Below are positions 10,189-19,617 of a stretch of 32,000 nucleotides of DNA, piece after piece. The position numbers and the translations under genes were made by a program. The notes under the pieces were generated by a model. It was not told the origin of the DNA, made no database searches, and saw only the letters and a list, made by a program, of their open reading frames with translations. Source of the stretch: Pseudomonas aeruginosa (GTDB taxonomy: Bacteria > Pseudomonadota > Gammaproteobacteria > Pseudomonadales > Pseudomonadaceae); contig NZ_LN831024.1 of the NCBI RefSeq assembly GCF_001457615.1, positions 3,390,001 to 3,422,000 of the forward strand, in the 5' to 3' direction. Within the stretch, counting starts at the first letter, position 1. Each line of letters starts with the position of its first letter.

Positions 10189-12489
10189 TCAGCCGCGGGC
10201 GAGGTCGCCACGCAGTTCGCGGGCGGCGGCGACCATGTTCACCAGCGCCGCCTCGGTTTCCGGCCAGGCGCGGGTCTTCAGGCCGCAGTCCGGGTTGACC
10301 CAGAGCCGCTCGGCAGGTATCCGCCGGGCCGCCTTGCGCAGCAGCGCGACGATCTCTTCCCGGCTCGGCACGCGCGGCGAATGGATGTCGTAGACGCCCG
10401 GACCGATCTCGTTCGGGTAGTCGAACTGCTCGAAGGCCTCCAGCAGCTCCATGTCCGAACGCGAAGTCTCGATGGTGATCACGTCGGCGTCCATGGCGGC
10501 GATGGACTCGATCACATCGTTGAACTCGCTGTAGCACATGTGCGTATGGATCTGGGTTTCGTCGCGGACTCCGGAGGCGCACAGGCGGAAGGCCTCGGTG
10601 GCCCACTCCAGATAGTGCGGCCAGGCGTTGCGGCGCAGCGGCAGGCCTTCGCGGAAAGCCGCCTCGTCGATCTGCACGATCCTGATACCGGCGGCCTCCA
10701 GGTCGACCACTTCGTCGCGGATCGCCAGGGCCAACTGGCGCGCCTGCACCTCGCGAGACACGTCCTCGCGCGGGAAGGACCACATCAGCATGGTCACCGG
10801 GCCGGTCAGCATGCCCTTCATCACCTTGTCGGTAAGGCTCTGGGCGTACCTGATCCACTCCACGGTCATGGCCCGCGGACGGCTCAGGTCGCCATAGATC
10901 ACCGCCGGCTTCACGCAGCGCGAGCCGTAGCTCTGCACCCAGCCGAAGCGGGTGAAGACGTAGCCGTCCAGTTGCTCGGCGAAGTACTCGACCATGTCGT
11001 TGCGCTCGGCCTCGCCGTGCACCAGCACGTCCAGCCCCAGTTGCTCCTGGATCTGCACCGCATGGCGGATCTCGCTGTGCATCGCCTCGATGTACTCGGC
11101 CTCGCTCAGCTTGCCCTGCTTGAACGACTGGCGGGCCAGGCGGATCGACGAGGTCTGCGGGAAGGAGCCGATGGTGGTGGTCGGGAACGCCGGCAGGTCG
11201 AGTCCGGCGCGCTGCCTGGCGATGCGTTCGGCGAACGGCGAGCGGCGCTGGGCGTCGCTGGCCTTGATCGCGGCCAGGCGCGCCTGCACGGCCGGCTTGT
11301 GGATTCGCGGCGAGGAAGCGCGGCTGGCCTGGACCGCACGGCTCTCTTCCAGGGCGGCAAGCACCTCGGCGGCCTCCGGCTCAGTGGCGGCACGGGCCAG
11401 CACCGCGACTTCGCGGCACTTCTGCACGGCGAAGGCCAGCCAGCTCTTCAGCTCGGCGTCCAGCCCGTCTTCGCGCTCCAGGTCCACCGGGCTGTGCAGC
11501 AGCGAGCAGGACGGCGCGACCCACAGCCGCTCGCCCAGGCGCTCCCGGGCATGGCGCACCACTTCCAGGGCTTTCTCCAGGTCGCAGCGCCAGACGTTGC
11601 GTCCGTTGACCAGGCCCAGCGAGACGACCTTGTAGGCCGGCAGGCGGTCGAGGATGCTCGGATACTGTTCCGGCGCTCGCACCAGGTCGATGTGCAGGCC
11701 GTCCACCGGGAGGTTGGCGGCCAGGCCCAGGTTGTCTTCCAGGCCGCCGAAGTAGGTGGCGACCAGCTTCTTCAGCGGTTCGCTCTGTAGCAGGTTGTAG
11801 GCGCGCTCGAAGGCGTTCTTCCATGCCTGCGGCAGGTCGAGGACCAGGATCGGCTCGTCGATCTGCACCCACTCCACGCCCTGGCCGGCGAGGCGGCGCA
11901 AGATCTGGCCGTAGAGCGGCAGCAGGCGGTCCAGCAGGTCGAGCCTGTCGAACTCGGCGCCCTTGGCCTTGCCCAGCCACAGGTAGGTCAGCGGACCGAT
12001 CAGTACCGGCTTCACCTGGTGGCCGAGGGCCCTGGCCTCGTCGACCTCCTCGAACAGTTGTTCCCAGCTCAGCTGGAACTGCTGATCGGCGCTGAACTCG
12101 GGGACCAGGTAGTGATAGTTGGTGTCGAACCACTTGGTCATTTCCTGGGCATGGGCACCGCCGCAACAACTGTCGTCGCTGACGCCACGGGCCATGCCGA
12201 ACAGGGTATGCAGGGTCGGCCCGGCCTCGCCGTGCGCCCGGAAGCGCTCGGGGATCACGCCGAAGGTCAGCGAATGGGTCAGCACCTGGTCATACCAGGC
12301 GAAATCGCCGACCGGCAGCAACTGGATGCCGGCATCCTTCTGTACCTGCCAGTGGGCAGCGCGCAGCTGCCGACCGACGGCCCGCAGGCCGGCCTCGTCC
12401 AGCTCGCCCTTCCAGAACGCTTCCTGGGCTTTTTTCAGTTCGCGATCGCGTCCGATGCGTGGGAAGCCGAGAGTGTGGGCCAGGGCCAT
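10189..12489 (-). CDS. metE: cobalamin-independent methionine synthase
   Basis: [29 protein letters not shown]...; [13 protein letters not shown]; [11 protein letters not shown]; [23 protein letters not shown]; [34 protein letters not shown]; [12 protein letters not shown]. Confidence 0.97.
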   Translation of the reverse strand: MALAHTLGFPRIGRDRELKKAQEAFWKGELDEAGLRAVGRQLRAAHWQVQKDAGIQLLPVGDFAWYDQVLTHSLTFGVIPERFRAHGEAGPTLHTLFGMARGVSDDSCCGGAHAQEMTKWFDTNYHYLVPEFSADQQFQLSWEQLFEEVDEARALGHQVKPVLIGPLTYLWLGKAKGAEFDRLDLLDRLLPLYGQILRRLAGQGVEWVQIDEPILVLDLPQAWKNAFERAYNLLQSEPLKKLVATYFGGLEDNLGLAANLPVDGLHIDLVRAPEQYPSILDRLPAYKVVSLGLVNGRNVWRCDLEKALEVVRHARERLGERLWVAPSCSLLHSPVDLEREDGLDAELKSWLAFAVQKCREVAVLARAATEPEAAEVLAALEESRAVQASRASSPRIHKPAVQARLAAIKASDAQRRSPFAERIARQRAGLDLPAFPTTTIGSFPQTSSIRLARQSFKQGKLSEAEYIEAMHSEIRHAVQIQEQLGLDVLVHGEAERNDMVEYFAEQLDGYVFTRFGWVQSYGSRCVKPAVIYGDLSRPRAMTVEWIRYAQSLTDKVMKGMLTGPVTMLMWSFPREDVSREVQARQLALAIRDEVVDLEAAGIRIVQIDEAAFREGLPLRRNAWPHYLEWATEAFRLCASGVRDETQIHTHMCYSEFNDVIESIAAMDADVITIETSRSDMELLEAFEQFDYPNEIGPGVYDIHSPRVPSREEIVALLRKAARRIPAERLWVNPDCGLKTRAWPETEAALVNMVAAARELRGDLARG

Positions 12490-12496
12490 GGGTGTT

Positions 12497-12521
12497 CCTC
12501 CAGTCGAAAGGTCGATGGAGG
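12497..12521 (-). promoter_or_regulatory. metE leader hairpin that pairs the Shine-Dalgarno sequence
   Basis: mRNA-sense CCTCCA-TCGA-CCTT-TCGA-C-TGGAGG; the 3' arm contains GGAGG, 7 nt upstream of the metE ATG. Confidence 0.45.
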
Positions 12522-12621
12522 AATTCTCGTGAGGCTCATGCCATGAGACAAACTCAATTTCTTCGTGATGAAATCAAGTTTCCCTCATGATCATCCTCGC
12601 GCCCTGACCTCGGCGCCCTCC

Positions 12622-14904
12622 TCACTTGCGCTTGCGGATCGCCATGCGCCGAGGCTTGAGACCGCCAGCCGCGGCAGCGCCGGCCTCGCCGTCGACCACG
12701 GGCTGCATCCTGGCTCGCGCCGCGTGCAGCTTCTTGTAGCTGTCGATCAGCCGCAGGTGCCGGTCGAGCCCTTCCAGCTTCATGCTGGTCGGCGTCAGGC
12801 CGAAGAAGCGCACGCTGCCGTCCACCGAGCCCAGCGCGGCATCCATCCGCGCGTCGCCGAACATGCGGCGGAAATTGGCCTCGTAGTCGGCGATCTCCAG
12901 CTCGTCGTCGAGGACGACCTCCAGCACCACGTTCAGCGCCTGGTAGAACAGGCCGCGCTCGACGCTGTTGTCGTTGTACTGGAGGAACGCCTCCACGCCT
13001 TCCTTGGCGTCTTCGAAGCGCTTCAGGGCGAGGCCGATGAGCACTTTCAGCTCGAGGATGGTCAGTTGGCCCCAGACCGTGTTGTCGTCGAACTCGACGC
13101 CGATCAGCGTGGTGATGTCGGTGTAGTCGTCCACCTCGCAGTCTTCCAGGCGCTCCAGCAACGCCCCGAGCGCAGCATCGTCGAGGCGGTGCAGGTTGAG
13201 GATGTCCTCGCGGAACGCCAGGGCCTTGTTGGTGTTGTCCCAGATCAGGTCTTCCACCGGATAGATTTCCGAGTAGCCCGGCACCAGGATCCGGCAGGCC
13301 GTAGCGCCGAGGTTCTCGTACACCGCCATGTAGACCTGCTTGCCCATGGCTTCGAGGATGCCGAACAGGGTCGCGGCTTCCTCGGCGTTGGCAGCCTCGC
13401 CCTGCCGGGTGAAGTCCCACTCGACGAACGGGAAATCGGCCTTGGCGCTGAAGAAGCGCCAGGACACCACGCCGCTGGAATCGATGAAATGCTCGACGAA
13501 GTTGTTCGGCTCGGTCAGCGCATGGCTTTCGAAGGTCGGCTGGGGCAGGTCGTTCAGGCCTTCGAAGCTGCGCCCCTGGAGCAGTTCGGTCAGGCTGCGC
13601 TCCAGGGCCACCTCGAAGCTCGGGTGAGCGCCGAAGGAAGCGAACACGCCGCCGGTGCGCGGATTCATCAGGGTCACGCACATCACCGGGAATTCGCCGC
13701 CCAGCGAGGCGTCCTTGACCAGTACCGGGAAGCCCTGCTCTTCCAGGCCGCGGATCCCGGCGAGGATGCCCGGGTACTTGGCCAGCACCTCCGGCGGCAC
13801 GTCCGGCAGCGCCAGCTCGCCTTCGAGGATTTGCCGCTTGACCGCACGCTCGAAGATCTCCGACAGGCACTGCACCTGCGCCTCGGCCAGGGTATTGCCG
13901 GCGCTCATGCCGTTGCTGAGGTAGAGGTTCTCGATCAGGTTGGAGGGGAAATACACCACCTGGCCGTCGGACTGGCGCACGAAGGGCAAGGCGCAGATAC
14001 CGCGCTGCACGTTGCCCGAGTTGGTGTCGTACAGGTGCGAGCCGCGCAGCTCGCCGTCGGGGTCGTAGATCGCCAGGCAATGGCCGTCGAGCAGTCCCAG
14101 CGGCAGCGCATCGTCGCGGCCGGGCTTGAACCAGCGTTCGTCCGGGTAATGGACGAACGCCGCATTGGCGATCTCTTCTCCCCAGTACTGGTCGTTGTAG
14201 AAGAAGTTGCAGTTCAGCCGCTCGATGAATTCGCCCAGCGCCGAGGCCAGCGCGCTTTCCTTGCTCGCGCCCTTGCCGTTGGTGAAGCACATCGGCGACT
14301 GCGCATCGCGGATGTGCAGCGACCAGACGTTGGGCACGATGTTGCGCCAGGAGGCGATCTCGATCTTCATGCCGAGGCCGGCGAGGATGGCCGACAGGTT
14401 GGCGATGGTCTGCTCCAGCGGCAGGTCCTTGCCCGGGATGCGCGTGCAGCCGGCGGCATCGGTGCCGGGCATCAGCAGCGCCTGGGCGTCGGCATCGAGG
14501 TTGTCGACCTCCTCGATGACGAACTCGGGCCCGGTCTGCACCACCTTCTTCACCGTGCAGCGGTCGATGGAGCGGAGGATGCCCTGGCGGTCCTTCTCCG
14601 AGATGTCGGCCGGCAGTTCCACCTGGATCTTGAAGATCTGCCGGTAGCGGTTCTCCGGGTCGACGATGTTGTTCTGCGACAGGCGTATGTTGTCGGTGGG
14701 GATGTTGCGCGTCTGGCAGTACAGCTTGACGAAGTAGGCGGCACACAGCGCCGACGACGCCAGGAAGTAGTCGAACGGCCCCGGCGCGGAGCCGTCGCCC
14801 TTGTAGCGGATCGGCTGGTCGGCGATCACCGTGAAATCATCGAACCTGGCTTCCAGTCGAAGGTTATCGAGAAAATTGACCTTTACTTCCACGGCGAGCA
14901 CCAA
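12622..14904 (-). CDS. OsmC-like domain fused to YcaO cyclodehydratase-family domain
   Basis: N-terminal OsmC-like DYFLASSALCAAYFVKLYC; YcaO motifs GKGASKESALASALGEFIERL...NGMSAGNTLAEAQVQCLSEIFERAVKR...HPSFEVALERSLTELLQGR. Start uncertain: TTG 14904, GTG 14901 or GTG 14892. Confidence 0.88.
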   Translation of the reverse strand: MVLAVEVKVNFLDNLRLEARFDDFTVIADQPIRYKGDGSAPGPFDYFLASSALCAAYFVKLYCQTRNIPTDNIRLSQNNIVDPENRYRQIFKIQVELPADISEKDRQGILRSIDRCTVKKVVQTGPEFVIEEVDNLDADAQALLMPGTDAAGCTRIPGKDLPLEQTIANLSAILAGLGMKIEIASWRNIVPNVWSLHIRDAQSPMCFTNGKGASKESALASALGEFIERLNCNFFYNDQYWGEEIANAAFVHYPDERWFKPGRDDALPLGLLDGHCLAIYDPDGELRGSHLYDTNSGNVQRGICALPFVRQSDGQVVYFPSNLIENLYLSNGMSAGNTLAEAQVQCLSEIFERAVKRQILEGELALPDVPPEVLAKYPGILAGIRGLEEQGFPVLVKDASLGGEFPVMCVTLMNPRTGGVFASFGAHPSFEVALERSLTELLQGRSFEGLNDLPQPTFESHALTEPNNFVEHFIDSSGVVSWRFFSAKADFPFVEWDFTRQGEAANAEEAATLFGILEAMGKQVYMAVYENLGATACRILVPGYSEIYPVEDLIWDNTNKALAFREDILNLHRLDDAALGALLERLEDCEVDDYTDITTLIGVEFDDNTVWGQLTILELKVLIGLALKRFEDAKEGVEAFLQYNDNSVERGLFYQALNVVLEVVLDDELEIADYEANFRRMFGDARMDAALGSVDGSVRFFGLTPTSMKLEGLDRHLRLIDSYKKLHAARARMQPVVDGEAGAAAAGGLKPRRMAIRKRK

Positions 14905-14972
14905 GAGAAACGGAAACCGGCCATTATCCGGGAACTCCGGGCAAAAGTCCCAGCTCTCCGCCGTACGCGTCG

Positions 14973-15299
14973 CTACTTGCCGGCCTCCCCGCCGCTCTCC
15001 GGCACGTAGATCATCCGTCCGTCGGCCAAGCGGTAGGTCACCCCGGCGCGGCTGCCCTGCCCTTCGCCGATCTCGCCGCTGGCCTGGTAGCGCTTCAGCT
15101 CCTTGCCGTCCTTGACCAGCATGCGCATGTCCGCCTCGCCGGGATTCTCGACCACCACCACCTTGTCCTGGCTGAACGGGTTGAGCGGGTTCTGCACGAT
15201 GACGATCAGGAGGATGCCGATCACCACCAGGAACAGGTCGATCAGGTTGACCATCGAGAGGATCGGGTCGTCCGCCTCGTCGTGTTCGAGGAAGCGCAT
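14973..15299 (-). CDS. ExbD/TolR-like DUF2149-type small inner-membrane protein, 108 aa
   Basis: MRFLEHDEADDPILSMVNLIDLFLVVIGILLIVIVQNP; single N-terminal TM; ATGA overlap with the upstream gene. Confidence 0.8.
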   Translation of the reverse strand: MRFLEHDEADDPILSMVNLIDLFLVVIGILLIVIVQNPLNPFSQDKVVVVENPGEADMRMLVKDGKELKRYQASGEIGEGQGSRAGVTYRLADGRMIYVPESGGEAGK

Positions 15300-15775
15300 C
15301 AGCCGGCCTCCCGCGCGCGTTCGACGGCGCGCAGTTCCTGGAGCAGCCAGCGGCGACGCACGGTAAGGATGAAGAAGGTGATGCTGGCGGCGACCAGGGC
15401 CAGGATCACCGCGGAAAACGCCACCACCAGGTTCTCGCCGATCCCCTGGGCGTCGTTGCGGGTCAGCGCCAGCAGTGCCGGTCCCATGGGGATCATGGTC
15501 GCCACCAGGCCGAGCATCGGCGCGCTGCGCGAGGTGATCCGCAGCCATTCCAGGCGCTGCATGATCCACAGTTCGAGGTCGTCGCTGTTGCCGCCATGCA
15601 GCGCCTGCCAGGCCGCCAGGCGCGAGCGGTAGCGCCCGCGACGGCGCTGCCAGGCTTCCATGGCGAAGCCGCCGAGGGCGACGAAGGCGTAGGCCAGCGC
15701 GGCGAGGATCAACAGCAGCACCGGCAGCAGGAACAGGCGGGTGAGTTCGTAGAGGCTGGTTTCCAGACCATTCAT
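15299..15775 (-). CDS. MotA/TolQ/ExbB-like proton-channel family protein, 158 aa
   Basis: Three hydrophobic helices with RITSRSAPMLGLVATMIPMGPALLAL...GENLVVAFSAVILALVAASITFFI; start MNGLETSLYELTRLFLLPV overlaps the upstream stop. Confidence 0.82.
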   Translation of the reverse strand: MNGLETSLYELTRLFLLPVLLLILAALAYAFVALGGFAMEAWQRRRGRYRSRLAAWQALHGGNSDDLELWIMQRLEWLRITSRSAPMLGLVATMIPMGPALLALTRNDAQGIGENLVVAFSAVILALVAASITFFILTVRRRWLLQELRAVERAREAG

Positions 15776-18700
15776 GAGCGATTTTCCATCGGACGACGAT
15801 TGACTACGGACTGCCGGACGGCGCCGGCGGCGAACAGCGCGAGCAGCACGGCGGCGGCCAGCCGGAGCCACGGCTGCGGCTCGCCGGACGGCGGCGGCGC
15901 GACTTCTTCGAGGACGCGGCCGCTGACCGTTTCGCCGGCACCGGACGCGGCCGCGCCCTCTGCCTGCGCCGCGGCCTCGCCGAAACCGCCGGCCATCCGT
16001 TCGATGAATTCACGGGTGGTCGCCGCGCCGACCTCGCCGGCGCCGGCGGCCGCCAGTTGCCGCCAGCGCTCGGCCAGTTCGCGGCGGGTCTGCTCGCTGG
16101 CGTCCCAGTAGCCCTTGCGGATGGCCTCGGCCATGCGCGCGATGATCTGCGCCTGGGCGGTCGGATTGTGCGTTTCGAACCACTCGGCGAGACCCAGCTC
16201 GCGGCGGTCCATGACGAAGGTGTCGTGCAACGCCTGCCACTGGTCGGCGCGGACCATGGTGCGATCCGCCGCCTGCCAGCCCCACAGGTTGTTGGCCAGG
16301 TCGAGCATTTCCAGGCTGCCGGCGTAGCCCTCGCGCTGCATCGCGGCGATCCACTGCGGGCTGAGGTAGCGCCCGCGCAGCTCGCTGGCGAGGAACTGCG
16401 CGGCGGCCGTGGTGCGCGGCTGGCGCTGGCGCAGGTCGGCGATGTACAGCGCCGGGCTGGCGCCGTCGAGGTGGCGTACCGCCAGCGACAGGCCGCCGAG
16501 GTACTCGAACGGGTGGTCGGTGGAGAGCACGCCGTTGAGCGTCGAGGAGCGCGAGAGGATCGCCGCCTGTACACCCTTCAACTGTTCGGCGAACAGGTTG
16601 CCGCCATCCAGCTTCACGCCCCAGTCGCGACTGCCGTAGGCGTACTGCAAGCGCCCGAGGAACTGCTCGGCGAGCGCCGAGTCGTCGTCCCAGCGGGTGG
16701 AATCGAGGGTCAGTTGCGTTACCCCGGTGCCGTAGTCGCCCGGCGCATTGCCGAACAGCCGCAGGCGCGACAGGCGCTGCGCCAGTGGCGCTTCGACGCC
16801 GCGTTCGCGCAGGCGCCGCTCCAGCGCCTGGCTGTTGCGCGCCAGCGGGTTGCCCGGCTCGTCCAGCGCGGCGAGGCGCTCGATGGCCTCGGCGAGCAGG
16901 CGCATGAAGCCGTCGAACTGGTCGCGGTAGACACTGGTCACCTGTAGCACCACGTCCACCCGTGGACGCCCCAGTTCCGCCGCCGGCACGATGTCCAGCG
17001 CCAGCAGGCGGCCACCGGCGTCCCAGCGCGGGCGCAGGCCGAGGGCGTGCAGCGCCTGGCTTTCGACGATGCCCAGGTGGCGCATGGTTTCCGACGACCA
17101 GAGGCTGAAGGCGAGCTTTTCCGGCGCCCTGCCCTGGTGCTCGGCGCGGTAGCTTTCCAGCAGTTGGCCGAAGGCCTCGGCGCCGGCTTCGTAGGCGGCG
17201 CGGGTCGGTACCTTGTCGGCCTCGAAGGCGAACAGGTTGCGCCCGCTGGGTACCTGCGGATTGCGGATCGGATCGCCGCCCGGCCCGGGCGCGACGAAGC
17301 GCCCGGCGAGGCCGGCGAGCAGCGCCTCCAGTTCGCCGGTGTCGGCGAGCTGGCGGTCCAGTTCGCGGGCGCGCAGCAACTGCTCGCGCAGGCGCGGATC
17401 GGCCACCTTGGCGATCTCGCCACCGTCGCGCAGGTAGCGTTGCAGTGTGCGGTAGGCACGACCTTCCCGCAGCGCCCTGAAATCGGCGGCGAACAGTTCG
17501 TCGGGGTCGAGACCGAGCGCGCGGTAGTAGGGCTCGCCGAGCTGCTGCATGACGGTGCCCAGGCGCAGCTCCGGCGAGGCGGCGACACCGAAGGTGTGCA
17601 GCCCCAGCGGCATCGCCGAGCCGGCGAGTCGGTGCAGGTGGTCGTGGAGCACGCCGAGGAACGCCGGGAAATCCTCGCGCATCGCTACCTCGCTCCAGCC
17701 CAGGTCGTCGTTCATGTGCGCCGCCCGCACCGCCGCGCGGATCTGCTCGGCGCTGCGTTCGCGCACCGCGCCCTCGTCCAGTTGCTGGTATTCGTGGATC
17801 AACTGGTGCAGGTCGCGCAGTTCGTCGTACAGCCCGGCCGGGGCGAACGACGGCGTCTGGTGGCTGACGGTGACCGCGCGCCCGCGCCGGCGCGCCTGGA
17901 TCGCCTCGCCAACGTTGTCCTGGATGTACGGGTAGAACACCGGCAGGTCGCCGAGCGTCCGCAGCGGGTAGTCGCCCACCGCCAGCCCGCGGTCCTTGCC
18001 GGGTAGCCATTCCTGGGTGCCATGGGTGCCGAAATGGATCAGCGCGTCGGCGCCGAAACCCTCGCGGACGAACTGGTAGACCGCCAGGTAGAGATGGTCC
18101 GGCGGCACCGCGCTGTCGTGGTAGGCCTCGCCCGGACGGCCGGCACGCGGCGGCTGCGGCAACAGCAGCAGATTACCCAGGCGCGCCGCCGGGAACACGA
18201 AGCGTCGCTGGCCGTCGATATCGCGCAAGGCCCAATGTCGACGCGGGTCGCCCCAGCGCGCGCGCATCTCCTCGCGCAGATCCGCCGGCAGCGCCTCGAA
18301 CCAGTGCAGGTAGGCGTCCAGCGGCAGGCTCGCGGCGAGGCCGTCGCGATACAGCGCGTCCAGGGTCTGCGGCCGGTAGTAGCCGCCGAGCAGGCGCTGG
18401 GCGGTATCGATCAGCGCGCTTTCGTCGCTCGTCGCAACCCGGTAGCCGGCCGCCCGCAGCGCTTCGCCGAGACGGGCCAGGCTGGCCGGTACATTGAGAT
18501 GCGAGGCGGCGACGTTCTTCTCGCCCTCCGGGTGGTTCCAGAACATCAGCGCCAGGTGCTTGTCCGCCGCCGGCAGGCGACGCAGGCGCAGCAGCCGGTC
18601 GAGCTTGTCCAGCAGGGCCTCGGCCTGCCCGGCCATCAGCTTCGGCTCGCCGTTCTCCAGGGCGCTGATCACCAGCGGATCGCTCATTCCCCAGGTTTCC

Positions 18701-19617
18701 GGCATGCCGAGGAAGGCCGCCGCGGTACGCGGCGCCACCCCGCTGGCGGCGGCCAGCCAGTCGGCCTCGTTGCCGTCGCGGTAGCCGAGGGTCTGCAATA
18801 CCGGCACGTCCAGCGCGAGGAACTCGGCACGGCGCGCCGGGCCGTTCTGCAGGTGCTGCAGGTTGACCAGCGCCTGGACATCGGCGCCAGCGAAGGACTT
18901 CCTCAACGCTTCCGGATCGCTGTCGTCGAACCACACCGCCAGCGGCGCCTGGCCGTGCCGCTCGCTACGCCGCAACAGTTCGTCGATGGCGCCGGTCTGG
19001 GCGTCGGCGATGGCGCCGCGCGGGATCAGGAAGGCGATGCGCGGGGCGTCGCTGGCCCAGCGCGAGGCGCCCCAGGCCAGGTAGTCGGCGAGGCCGGCGA
19101 ACGGCGCCGGTGCGTCGGGATGATAGAAGCCGGCCTGCGCCAGGGGCTGCGGCGCCGGCAACGCGTCGACGGGCAGGCCGGCATGCCAGCGTCGGACCGC
19201 CTCGAACAGCCGGCGCAGGTTGGCTTCGCCGCCGTTCGCGTAGTAGCCGACCAGGCGCCCGCCCAGCGCCGCCGGCAGGTTGCCGAAACCCGGCGGACCG
19301 CCGCCGACGCGGATCCAGGGTTGCGTCCCGCCTTGCAAGCGCTCGCCCAGCGCCTGCTCGACCTGGGCGCGATCGGTCGGCCGCGGCGTGTCGAGGATCA
19401 GCAGGTCGCCGCCGTCCAGCCACTCGCCGGGCGGCGCCTCGCCGATGCCGAGGCGCAGGCCGCGCAACTCGACACCGGCCTCGCGCGCCCAACCGGCTAG
19501 GCGCTGGTGCTTGCCCGGGAGGACGAAATCGCTGCTGAGCAGACGCACCTGGGCCGGCTCCGCCCAGGCACAGAGACTGGCCAGCAGCGCGCCGCAGAAG
19601 AGTAGCGAACGGCGCAT
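15772..19617 (-). CDS. CobN-like magnesium/cobalt-chelatase family protein with signal peptide and C-terminal TM anchor
   Basis: CobN signature HFGTHGTQEWLPGKDRGLAVGDYPLRTLGDLPVFYPYIQDNVGEAIQARRRGRAVTVSHQTPSF and GTGVTQLTLDSTRWDDDSALAEQFLGRLQYAYG. N-terminus MRRSLLFCGALLASLCAWAEP; C-terminus PWLRLAAAVLLALFAAGAVRQSVVNRRP. The listed ORF to 20850 is an over-extension into cirA. Confidence 0.92.
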   Translation of the reverse strand: MRRSLLFCGALLASLCAWAEPAQVRLLSSDFVLPGKHQRLAGWAREAGVELRGLRLGIGEAPPGEWLDGGDLLILDTPRPTDRAQVEQALGERLQGGTQPWIRVGGGPPGFGNLPAALGGRLVGYYANGGEANLRRLFEAVRRWHAGLPVDALPAPQPLAQAGFYHPDAPAPFAGLADYLAWGASRWASDAPRIAFLIPRGAIADAQTGAIDELLRRSERHGQAPLAVWFDDSDPEALRKSFAGADVQALVNLQHLQNGPARRAEFLALDVPVLQTLGYRDGNEADWLAAASGVAPRTAAAFLGMPETWGMSDPLVISALENGEPKLMAGQAEALLDKLDRLLRLRRLPAADKHLALMFWNHPEGEKNVAASHLNVPASLARLGEALRAAGYRVATSDESALIDTAQRLLGGYYRPQTLDALYRDGLAASLPLDAYLHWFEALPADLREEMRARWGDPRRHWALRDIDGQRRFVFPAARLGNLLLLPQPPRAGRPGEAYHDSAVPPDHLYLAVYQFVREGFGADALIHFGTHGTQEWLPGKDRGLAVGDYPLRTLGDLPVFYPYIQDNVGEAIQARRRGRAVTVSHQTPSFAPAGLYDELRDLHQLIHEYQQLDEGAVRERSAEQIRAAVRAAHMNDDLGWSEVAMREDFPAFLGVLHDHLHRLAGSAMPLGLHTFGVAASPELRLGTVMQQLGEPYYRALGLDPDELFAADFRALREGRAYRTLQRYLRDGGEIAKVADPRLREQLLRARELDRQLADTGELEALLAGLAGRFVAPGPGGDPIRNPQVPSGRNLFAFEADKVPTRAAYEAGAEAFGQLLESYRAEHQGRAPEKLAFSLWSSETMRHLGIVESQALHALGLRPRWDAGGRLLALDIVPAAELGRPRVDVVLQVTSVYRDQFDGFMRLLAEAIERLAALDEPGNPLARNSQALERRLRERGVEAPLAQRLSRLRLFGNAPGDYGTGVTQLTLDSTRWDDDSALAEQFLGRLQYAYGSRDWGVKLDGGNLFAEQLKGVQAAILSRSSTLNGVLSTDHPFEYLGGLSLAVRHLDGASPALYIADLRQRQPRTTAAAQFLASELRGRYLSPQWIAAMQREGYAGSLEMLDLANNLWGWQAADRTMVRADQWQALHDTFVMDRRELGLAEWFETHNPTAQAQIIARMAEAIRKGYWDASEQTRRELAERWRQLAAAGAGEVGAATTREFIERMAGGFGEAAAQAEGAAASGAGETVSGRVLEEVAPPPSGEPQPWLRLAAAVLLALFAAGAVRQSVVNRRPMENRS

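Noticed and set aside
12490-12621. Cobalamin riboswitch upstream of metE
   Set aside because: The 132-nt gap is short and no B12-box-like sequence was seen; only hairpins and small palindromes are present.
12565-15009. 814-aa plus-strand ORF (and the 730-aa minus ORF 12554..14746)
   Set aside because: Both overlap the well-supported OsmC-YcaO gene and are low-complexity GC-rich shadows.
15772-19617. Cobalamin biosynthesis cobaltochelatase (functional cobN)
   Set aside because: Signal peptide, C-terminal TM, TonB receptor linkage and Zur-like site argue for a metal-acquisition role; only the family name is kept.
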